This document shows, one piece after another, positions 54,833-64,000 of a stretch of DNA of 64,000 nucleotides. The position numbers and the translations under genes were made by a program. This DNA is from Octopus sinensis (Eukaryota). The stretch is taken from assembly GCF_006345805.1 (NCBI RefSeq), contig NC_043014.1, positions 38,564,001-38,628,000 on the forward strand, read 5' to 3'. The notes under the pieces are model-generated. The model worked only from the letters and a program-made list of their open reading frames with translations, was not told the origin of the DNA and made no database searches. The first letter of the stretch is position 1; each line of letters begins with the position of its first letter.

Positions 54833-55240
54833 ATAGGTGCAAGAGTGGCTTTGTGGTAAGTAGCTTGCTTATGAACCACATGGTTCCAGGTTCAGTCCCA
54901 CTGTGTGGCACCTAGGGCAAGTGTCTTCTACGATAGCTTCAGGCTGATCAAAGCCTTGTGAGTGGATTTGGTAGACAGAAACTGAAAGAAGCCTGTTGTG
55001 TGTATATATGTGTGTGCGTGTGTGTGTGTGTATGTATTTGTGTGTGTGTTTGTGCGTCTGTGTTTGTTCCCCCAACATCGCTTGACAACCGATACTGGTG
55101 TGTTTACATCCCCGTAACTTAGCGGTTAAGCAAAAGAGACTGATATAATAAGTACTAGGCTTACAAAGAATAAGTTGTCTGCTTGACTGAAGGTGGTGCT
55201 CCAGCATGGCCACAGTCAAATGACTGAAACAAGTAAAAGA
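54833..55240 (+). mobile_element. SINE family A
   Basis: Family signature. Confidence 0.8.
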
Positions 55241-55241
55241 A

Positions 55242-55277
<36 letters not shown>

Positions 55278-55396
55278 CACAAAATGTGATACAACACACC
55301 ATCAATTTTAAAAAGTTTTATTATATATATATATATATATATATATCTGTAAGGCAATAAGCTGGCAGAATCATTAACATGATGGACAAAATGCTT

Positions 55397-55837
55397 ACTC
55401 TTACTCTCTCTTTTACTCTTTTACTTGTTTCAGTCATTTGACTGTGGCCATGCTGGAGCACCACCTTTTGTCGAGTAAATCGACCCTAGGAATTATTCTT
55501 TGTAAGCCTAGTACTTTTTCTATGAGTCTCTTTTGCCGAACTGTTAAGTTACGGGGATGTAAACACACCAGTATCGGTTGTCATGCAATGTTGGAGTTGA
55601 CAAACACAGACATACAAACACACACACACACACACACAGACACACACACATATATATATATATCATATATACGATGGGCTTCTTTCAGTTTCCGTCTACC
55701 AAATCCACTCACAAGGCTTTGGTCGGCCCAAGGTTATAGTAGAAGACAACTTGCCAAAGGTGCCACGCAGTGGGACTGAACACGGAACCATGTGGTTGGT
55801 AAGCAAGCTATTTACCACACAGCCACTCCTACGCCTA
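55397..55837 (-). mobile_element. SINE family A nested in a family B head
   Basis: Family B head is split (aaatgctta | gcagcatt). Confidence 0.78.
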
Positions 55838-56344
55838 GCAGCATTTCTTTCAGTTTTACATTCTGAGTTCAATTTTACATTCTGAGTTCAATTTCTGCCA
55901 AGGTCAACTTTAGGAGGCATGATGCTGTGAAACTATCTGAGATAAAATCTCTTCAGAGACTTTTTGTTTTAAAAACACAATATCTATCAAAGTATGACAA
56001 ACATCCTTGCTTCAGTGATTCGTGAGAATAAGAGATGCATTTCAGAAGCTTGCCAGGCTGTGGTGATTTTAAATTAAGGCTGTTTCAATCATGTACACTG
56101 AGATTTTCTACAGCCTGGTAAGCTTTCACAACGCCTGTGATTGTTTTTGTTCATAGTTACCTAAATATTGAGGCATGAATTTCATTTATGTAGGTGACAA
56201 TGAAATTCAAGAAAGATGAAAACATGTCAGTTGTGAGTCACTGGAACAATGACATTTGTCTTGCTCCAATATACACTGTGTTATTAAATACAAGAGATTC
56301 TGTCTCAGATAACTTTACATTATACATTCTAACAATAGGTATAT

Positions 56345-56753
56345 CTCTCTTTCTCTCTTTTACTTGTTTCAGTCATTTGACTGCGGCCATGCTGGAGCAC
56401 CGCCTTTAATCGAGCAACTCGACCCCGGGACTTATTCTTTGTAAGCCTAGTACTTATTCTATCGGTCTCTTTTTGCCGAACCGCTAAGTGACGGGGACAT
56501 AAACACACCAGCATCGGTTGTCAAGCAATGTTAGGGGGACAAACACAGACACACAAACACACACACATACATATATATATATATACATATATACGATGGG
56601 CTTCTTTCAGTTTCCGTCTACCAAATCCACTCACAAAGCTTTGGTCGGCCCAAGGCTATAGTAGAAGACACCCAAGGTGCCACGCAGTGGGACTGAACCC
56701 GGAACCATGTGGTTGGTAAACAAGCTACTTACCACACAGTCACTCCTACACCT
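56345..56753 (-). mobile_element. SINE family A
   Basis: Family signature. Confidence 0.8.
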
Positions 56754-58156
56754 ATATATTTAGTATATAAGTATGTAGAAGTATATATTTAGTATGATAG
56801 AAAGATGGTGATTTTAATTCAATGCTGTTTCAAATACAAACACAGAATGATAATTAATATATGAAAATATTCATTATTTCAGAAAGATTCACAATATCCT
56901 TGATATTTCTATTTTTTTACATTTGTTTCAGTCATTAGACTGTGGCCATGCTGGATTACTGACTTGAAGAATTTTTGTCAAATGAATCGACCCCAGACTT
57001 TTGTTGAACCACTAAGTTACAGGGACATAAACACACCAACATCAGTTATCAAACACACACATATATATATATACAATGGGCTTCTTTCAGTCTCCATCTA
57101 CCAAATCCACTCACAAGGTTTTGGTTGTCTAAGGTGCTACGCAGTGGGACTGAACCCAGAACCATGTGGTTGGGAAGCAAGCTTCTTACCACACAGCCAC
57201 ACCTGACACCTGTAAATAATTAAAACACATGGATAATGATTTTTGCTTGACATATGGTGATGAAAGAGTTATTAAACTGCTTGTTGCAGAACGCATCCCC
57301 CAGCAACCCCCAAAACATGTTATTATTTTATATCACATTTAATGGATTCACGAAGAATTGTTGCCAAATTAAGATCTATAATCCATCAATTCACTGCTAC
57401 CACGTGGTGAGAAATGAAATAAAGAAAATGAAAATAAATTGAAAAGAGAAAAGCGTGGAAAAGGTGGGGGAGCTTTTCTTAAATACCAAAAAATAAAAAA
57501 CATAAATAAGACATTAAAAAAATCCCAGCAAAAATGCATTAAGAATTCAGTGAAGATACAGACGTAAATATGGAATAACAATTGTCTTTCTATAATCCTC
57601 TCGGTTATTGACACCACAGAAGACTAGATTTAGCTGGTGACTGAAAACGTGTTGGTAGTACATGCATGATGATCGTTGATAAGAATGGTGATGATGAGGG
57701 GAATGTGGTGGGGGTGGTGGGGGAGGCTAGGGTAATCTTTGTATGATGATGATGATGATTTGTTTCTGTTACTACTTTACTACTTTAAACTGATGAAAAC
57801 ATGGATTATATTTTTTTTAAGATGCAGCTCTGTAAGAGGCTTGCTTTACAAAAACATGGTTCTGGAATCGATGCATCAGCACAGCAACGGCACCCTGAGG
57901 AAACTGTCTTTGACAAGACTATCAGGTTTGACTAATACCTTGTCAGTAAAACTATGCAGAAGTTCATCTGTCTATCTATCTATCTATCTATATATATATA
58001 CATATTAATAATAATAAAGGGTAAAATTAATTAATCAACTGTAACAATATCGTCTCTCAGTGCTATCTTCACTGTTTGAGAAGAGTATATAGAATGACCT
58101 CGGTCGAGATTACAAACAGCTTTGGCTAGTTCAACATTGATGTAAACACTAATTCG

Positions 58157-58308
58157 ATTGGCTGACACGTTGGTCTCTACTACGCTCGCACCGCTGGTTA
58201 TAACTTGGCGCAAAATGTCTCGACTTATTTTCGCGCCATAGTTCCAAGCAGCCAATCACAGCTTTCCATTTCGGAAGTTCATTGGGAGCCATGTAAAGCC
58301 TATAAATA
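58157..58308 (+). promoter_or_regulatory. Pol II promoter-like module (3 CCAAT boxes, 2 E2F-like sites, TATA)
   Basis: ATTGG 58157, CCAAT 58252, ATTGG 58281; TTGGCGC 58205 and TTTTCGCGC 58228; TATAAATA 58301. Motif inspection only. Confidence 0.5.
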
Positions 58309-58515
58309 AGGTTTCTCAGAAGAATATTCGTCTTAGGTTTCCAGTCCTGCTGACGAGAATATTTTATCCCGCCTGGTCGGCACCTATATAAAGTTGTCAC
58401 TGTTGTTACTAAAAACAAAAACAAAAAGGAAAAAAAAAAAGTAAGTTGGTTTTTTCGTTAGTCAAATTTATTTTGACCAATTTCAGTGAAGACGCTGAGG
58501 AGGGGTAGGCCAATA

Positions 58516-59853
58516 ATGGCCAGCCCGAAGGCGGACAGAGCGGAGGTCCAAACCCAGGTCCTTAGTCCAGAGATGTCCAACCTGGAAGGAATAATGGCTA
58601 TACCCGACATTTTCTCGGACGAGGAGGAAAGTGGGAGAGTCAGAAAGAGTATAGATGTGCCAAGCATGGCAAGGAAGGTGCTAAACTTCGCCGAGGCAGC
58701 TAGTCCGAAGGAAAGAAGGATTAACCTAACCAGGGTGGAAGAAGCGAAGAAGATAGTGTCTCGAGACGGGTACAAGATTAAACTAAACCAGATGAAAGAA
58801 TCTCTCGAAGAGATAGAGAAGAGAACGGTAATATTCAAAACATACCGTAACATAGAAAGGAAAATAGACTTTTCATCGGAAAAGGAAGTGGAGGCGTGCC
58901 TACTACCCATCTGGGATAAAATCACATTTTTAACCAGGGGTAAGAGGTACGGAACTGTGGAAACTAGGTTCAAGACAGAAGAAGAAGCGAGGGAACATTC
59001 AATGAAGCCCCTAAAAACAGGCATAATAACCCTTCTGCCTATCTATAGAGGAAGGCGTATTTCAAAAATTACGGTCGCCAACATACCGCCGGAGATCGAG
59101 CCCGAACTGATAGTGGCTGGGGTCACTGCAGGGCTGGAAGACCAAATGGAAGTGCGTGATGCCACGGTGGTAGAAGCCAAAAAGTGGCATGGACAGAAAG
59201 TACAAATTATTGTACAGGCAGAGCAGGTCGCCTTGGAAGAGATAGGCGAGGTCATCGAAATAGGAGAGAGCCGGATGGCAGTAATGGTGGAGGGCCGGAA
59301 GCCCAGGTGTTTCACCTGTGGCAAGAAGGGCCACATCAAAAAGGACTGTAAGCCGGCGGAGAAGGAAAAGAGCGTACCCACAAAACCAAGTGCTCAAGTG
59401 GCGGCTACAGAAACGACAGCCGCAACAGAAGTAGGGGAGGGGTGGTCACAGGTTGCTGCGACAAAACGAAAGCACAACAACCCCTCCCCGGAGAAAATTA
59501 TAAGCAAAGAGAAGAGAGAAGTAAAGAAGGCGAAGAAGCCGGAGAGGGAGAACAGGGTGTATGTGGCGATGAATACCGCAAACAGAGAAGTGGTACGCAG
59601 AGTGGAGACTCAACACGTCGAGGAGGTGGAGATGGAAGCGAAAGGTGGAGGCTGGAGATGCTACGTGATGGGACTGAAAGGGTTCAACACGTATGCAAAC
59701 GACTTTAGAAAAGACGTAGGCACACCCAGAATGAGCAAGGAGGATGCCCTGAAGGATGCAGAAAGAAAGAACAACAACGCGCCGAGTCCTCGTTCATCTG
59801 AGGCAGAAGAGACGGGTCCCCCCCGCCGGCCGGACCCAGAGGAAATAAGGTAG
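58516..59853 (+). CDS. LINE ORF1 (gag-like, one CCHC zinc knuckle), 445 aa from the first ATG
   Basis: Open frame from MASPKAD; CFTCGKKGHIKKDC (CX2CX4HX4C) at 59308-59349; 7-nt spacer before ORF2. Confidence 0.88.
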   Translation: MASPKADRAEVQTQVLSPEMSNLEGIMAIPDIFSDEEESGRVRKSIDVPSMARKVLNFAEAASPKERRINLTRVEEAKKIVSRDGYKIKLNQMKESLEEIEKRTVIFKTYRNIERKIDFSSEKEVEACLLPIWDKITFLTRGKRYGTVETRFKTEEEAREHSMKPLKTGIITLLPIYRGRRISKITVANIPPEIEPELIVAGVTAGLEDQMEVRDATVVEAKKWHGQKVQIIVQAEQVALEEIGEVIEIGESRMAVMVEGRKPRCFTCGKKGHIKKDCKPAEKEKSVPTKPSAQVAATETTAATEVGEGWSQVAATKRKHNNPSPEKIISKEKREVKKAKKPERENRVYVAMNTANREVVRRVETQHVEEVEMEAKGGGWRCYVMGLKGFNTYANDFRKDVGTPRMSKEDALKDAERKNNNAPSPRSSEAEETGPPRRPDPEEIR

Positions 59854-59860
59854 GCAAACT

Positions 59861-62800
59861 ATGGCTGTTTACGTTGGTTGCATAAATGTGCGCGTCCTGG
59901 TAGCGAACTGGAAACAAGGTCGTTTACTAAACGATATCAGGGCGCGGAATTTAAATGTAATTGTCGCTACTGAGACACGAATCGAAGGGCCAAGAGATCT
60001 ACTCCCGCTCATGGAAGGCTACGAGAAATTTATTTCTCCTGGACGGCATGTGGGCGGGAGTGGGGTGTTGGTTCTGCTTAAAAAAGATAGTGTCGCAGAG
60101 AAAAAGTTGATTTTTTCTGATTCAGAAGGTAGGCTGGTCGTCTTAGATCTGACGTTCAGTTGTGGTAAAGAAATCAGGCTGGTGGCGTGTATGCACCTAA
60201 TACAGGTCAGACTGATTTTTATCGAGGCTTGGAGAAGTTTCTTGGCACGTCAAAATCCATAGTCATGTTAGGGGACTTTAATGCCATAGTCGACGCGCGC
60301 GTCGATGGCATTGGCTCGAAAGATAGGAAACCAAACGCTGGCTTCCGGGATCTACTGAGTCGCTTTCAGCTGGTAGATCCCTACAGACTTGAATTCCCGA
60401 ACGCTCCACAGTGGACGTGGTTAAGTGGCGACGGGTCTATCGGGTCTTACATAGACAGAATTTTTATTAGAAAAATAGATAAAGGATTAGTTAAGTGTCC
60501 ACAGTTTCACACGGTCAGTTACAGCGATCACAGGATGGTCACTGGCGAACTGAACCTAGATAAGTTAGGTAGTAGGGGATCCGGCTACTGGAAACTCAAT
60601 AAGTCCCTCCTGGCTATTGAGGAGTACAGAAAGCGGATCGAGTTAGTAGTGAAGAGGGCGTTAACCGGTTCCATTATTAACAACAAATGGTGGTACGCCC
60701 TCAAAAGAGCCATCAAATACGAGTCCGTTAGATACAGCATAGGTCTAACAACTAGCGGGCGTAAGAAAGAGATGGGGCTAGTTAAGGCCTTAGAGGAAGC
60801 CATCAGAGCTGGCGATGGGGCCCAGGTTAGGCTGAGGAGACTGGAGTTGAACCAGCACCTCGAAGCCCAACATATGGGTTGCATCGTCAGAGCTAGAATT
60901 CGCGCAATGGGGTGCGAGGGTATCAGGGCTGCCGGATGGGCACGAGTTGTGGAGGCTCAACGTGGAAACGATTCCACAATTAAGTCTGTGACGAACGGGC
61001 GAGGCGATGTGATCACCGAACCAGAGGAGATGTGTCGGACGTTTCAGGAGCACTTCGCTCGGCTCTTTGGGGGCGACGGCGGACCGGAGGAGAGGGTGGA
61101 CCTAACGGACATCCTCGCCGGGCTGCCGTGCCTCTCGGGGCAGGATGCGGAGAGCTGTGAAGCGTCGATCTCGCCTGAGGAGATAGCCGAGGTCCTGGCC
61201 GACTGCGGTGAAGGCAGGGCGCCGGGGATCGATGGTTTACCTTACGAACTATATAAAAGAATGCCAGACTTGTTCGGGAACGTGCTGGCCGGCGTTTTCA
61301 CGAACTGGCGGCAGAATGGGTTCATTCCCAGGTCTGTACGTCGGGGAGTGGTGACGCTGATCAGGAAGGACCCGAGCAAGGGGGACAACATAGACAACTT
61401 TCGGCCCATCACACTGCTAAACACAGAGGTGAAGATTTTGGCCAAGGTGTTAGCGAAAAGGTTGACGCGTGTCGCGGGTGGTCTGATCGGGGAGGCACAA
61501 ACTTGTGCGATCCCTGGAAGAACCATCCAGGACAATCTTCACCTAGTACGCTACACAATAGAAAGGTTTGGGAATGACTCCGGCAAGGGTGGGGCATTGG
61601 TCCATTTAGACCAGAGTAAAGCGTTTGATAGGGTGAACCATCGGTACTTGGTGTCCGTGCTGGCGCAGTTCGGTCTGGGCATTGGCTTCCTCAGGTGGAT
61701 CATACAGTTGTACGATAACATCGACTCGATCGTTCGGGTGAATGGCTTCCTGTCGAAGCCGTTCCGCATCAAACGGTCTGTTCGTCAAGGGTGTCCGCTC
61801 TCCCCGATTTTGTATGTGATGGCTCTCGAGCCATTGCTGCGAAAGCTGAGCGCCATCCCGATGAATCCAGGAGGTGGAGGATCTGTGACATCGTATGCGG
61901 ACGACATCACCATCATCGTGACCGAGGTGGAACTCCTACGTAATGTGGGAGACGCCATCAAGGCTTACGAGACGGTGACAGGAGCAAAGATTAACCGGGA
62001 AAAATCGGTCGGCTTGCAACTCGGCACCTGGAGGGGCAAGTCGATGCCTTCGAATAGCATCGTGGGATGCTGGACGGAGGGCCCGGTTAAGCTGCTAGGG
62101 ATCTGGTTTGGTCCAGGTCTCCAGATAGAAAAGAACTGGTCTGAGGTGTCGGGCAAGGTGGCTCACGCGGTCGGGACTTGGTCCGGACGGTGGCTGTCCT
62201 TGAAAGGGAGGGCGGAGGTGGCCAATGTGTTTTTAGCATCGGTCATCACCTACCGCCTGACCGTCGTCCCTTGTCCGGATTCGTGGTTGAGCAAGTTGGA
62301 GAGGCAGATCTTCCGCTTTTTGTGGAAGGGAAGTGCTCCTCTTGTAAGACGTTCTATCTGCTGTCAGAAACCGTTAAAGGGTGGCTTGGGGATGCCTTGG
62401 CTGATGATGTGCAGAGATGCGCTGAGGTTAAGGCACCTTTGGCTCTACCTGGATGGTGAACGGGTGTGGTCCCCGCTTGCGAAGCAGATGTTCCCCAGCT
62501 TTGTCAGTTTCGGTGGCAGAGAAACCTGGTTTCGTCGAAGACTTAGATCGAGCATGTGGTATTTGGAGTGCCATAAGGCACTCTGCCACTTCCGCAGGTC
62601 GGGCAATGCCGGCGGCTTTGGTACCACCGCAGCTTTCTATAGCAGGTTGGTAGAGGCCGGAAATGACGATGCCTTAGGAAGGACCTTGGGCCTCGATAGA
62701 AATCAGTTGGACAGCCTGTTCCAAAGGACGTTCAGGCCGAAGACATTGGATAACTTCCAGAAGTCTTTGACCTGGCAATGTTTCAGAGGAGCTTTACCCG

Positions 62801-63246
62801 TTCGGGATAAACTCACAAGGCATGGTTGGAGTGGACCATCGAACTGCCCAAGATGCGAGCGGGATCTGGAAACAGTCTCGCACGCTATTGTTCAGTGTCC
62901 GGAAGTTTCGGACGTGTGGGTATATGCCGAACACCTGTTGTCGGACGGAAGAAGAGTACAGCTATCGGCTGAGACAATTATAAAAATTGACTCGCCTAGC
63001 TTTTTGACAAGTGAAGGTAAGCATTGCTTTCTCAGTACAGTAGCAGTAGCGAAAGAGTGTATATGGAAGACCAGAATGAAAGCGGTAACGACAGGCACCG
63101 TGATCTCTGGCTCCGCCTTGGTGACCTATTTCAGGTTCCACCTAAAAAGAAAGGTGGAGTTGGAGAAGAGGTGTCTGTCTGCGTGTGAGTTCGATAAAAT
63201 ATGGAAGCGTGTGGCACGGTTGCTGCGAGTGAGAGGAGCCACGTAA
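59861..63246 (+). CDS. LINE ORF2: apurinic-type endonuclease + reverse transcriptase + C-terminal zinc finger; one 1-nt frameshift near 60187
   Basis: APE motifs INVR, ETR, YAPN, GDFNA, IDRIF, SDH; RT motifs PGIDG, FRPITLLN, LDQSKAFDRV, VRQGCPLSP, YADD; GGLG; CPRC...H...C. The N-terminal 109 codons are in a different frame from the rest. Confidence 0.9.
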
Positions 63247-63502
63247 ACATGCTGTAGGTTGGCTGCCGAGTTTCGGTGGGAATAGCAGGGCTCGTGGGTT
63301 CGGCAATCCTGGTGTTCCCACTTCATGTGTTCCCTTTATGTTGTGTTGTTGTTGTGTATCATTCGATTTATCCGATTTTGTGAAATTTAAAAAAAAAAAA
63401 AAAGAGTTCATTTTTTCTGTAAATACCATTTGTGTCTCATGACCCCAAATCATGATGTATTGTCCCATTCTTTGTTGGCCCCTTGTGGGTAATAAAGAAA
63501 TA

Positions 63503-63670
63503 CTTAGGTTTCCAGTCCTTCTCAGAGCTAAACCTCTGACCACAGAGCTCGTCTTAGGTTTCCAGTCCTTCTCAGGGCGAACCTCTGACCACACAGAGCT
63601 CGTCTTAGGCTTTTAGTTCTTTTAAGAACTAAGTCTCTGACCACACAGAATACTCGACCAAGTTCCAGTT
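63503..63670 (+). repeat. About 50-bp tandem repeat that contains the LINE target sequence
   Basis: cttagg-starting units at 63503, 63553 and 63604, plus a degenerate fourth unit near 63658. Confidence 0.85.
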
Positions 63671-64000
63671 TCGAGGCAGGCGACCACCATTAATACAAGA
63701 TGTTACAGATACCTCTCATACTGTTAATGTGAAATATCACCATGAAGAAAACGGTTACAAGATATCTATAACTAGAGAAAAATAACCAAGCAGAAAATAA
63801 TGAAGAAGCAGCAAGAACCAATCGACAAACATCGAAGATTTAAATTGTACACGAGACAACTACAGATTCAACTATAGCGGTTAGGTGAAATTCTCGCCAC
63901 GAAGAAAACGGCTACAGTAACATGTCTGGAAGTATATTCATATCAAGAGAAAGATAAACACAACGAGTGATTCAATTAATCTCAACTGCGACACGCAATA

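Larger units (their letters stand above)
58349..63502 (+). mobile_element. Near full-length Tx1/L1-clade non-LTR retrotransposon (5154 bp)
   Basis: Two-ORF LINE flanked by the 17-bp direct repeat cttaggtttccagtcct (58332-58348 and 63503-63519); visibly more GC-rich than the flanks; no poly(A) tail. Confidence 0.9.

Noticed and set aside
57822-57925. Plus-strand 104-nt open segment (…HPEETVFDKTI) faintly like the HIT-family N-terminus
   Set aside because: Weak AAG acceptor and weak donor, similarity too short, and no partner exons.
58320-58365. CTGACGAG at the LINE 5' junction as a ribozyme
   Set aside because: There is no GAAA in a compatible position; only a loose hairpin with upstream aatattcgtc.
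58441-58486. GTAAGT...TTTCAG as an intron in the LINE 5' UTR
   Set aside because: Only 46 nt, and an efficiently spliced intron would be lost on retrotransposition; no transcript evidence.
58458-63326. Minus-strand ORFs overlapping the LINE
   Set aside because: Antisense shadows of GC-rich coding sequence with no motifs.
63503-63620. Hammerhead on the minus strand of the target repeats (CTGAGAAG...GAAAC)
   Set aside because: The core is not CUGANGA and no stem II can form.

Overview
Eukaryotic, AT-rich, microsatellite-dense window; the SINE/RTE repertoire resembles what I recall from octopod cephalopod (Octopus-like) genomes (recognition, not a search result). The only host coding sequence found is three minus-strand exons (16852-16997, 5778-5881, 92-219) that splice in frame into the ankyrin region of a PPP1R16A/B (MYPT3/TIMAP)-like PP1 regulatory subunit; the rest is intronic or intergenic and packed with SINEs, truncated RTE, CR1 and R4/Dong LINEs, a mariner relic, hAT/Tc1 MITEs and a Helitron. 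Three things stand out: (1) a tandem 353-bp repeat (10694-11380) whose two copies each carry a type I hammerhead ribozyme with a full catalytic core and a minimal stem III, i.e. a candidate retrozyme/circRNA unit, plus decayed hammerheads in other repeats; (2) a near-intact 5.15-kb Tx1/L1-clade LINE (58349-63502) with a 17-bp TSD, inserted just downstream of a CCAAT/E2F/TATA promoter-like module, whose last 25 nt are identical to the 3' end of a local SINE family (candidate LINE-SINE pair); (3) several long fold-back palindromes, often next to (TA)n tracts. Most six-frame ORFs are microsatellite or antisense artefacts.
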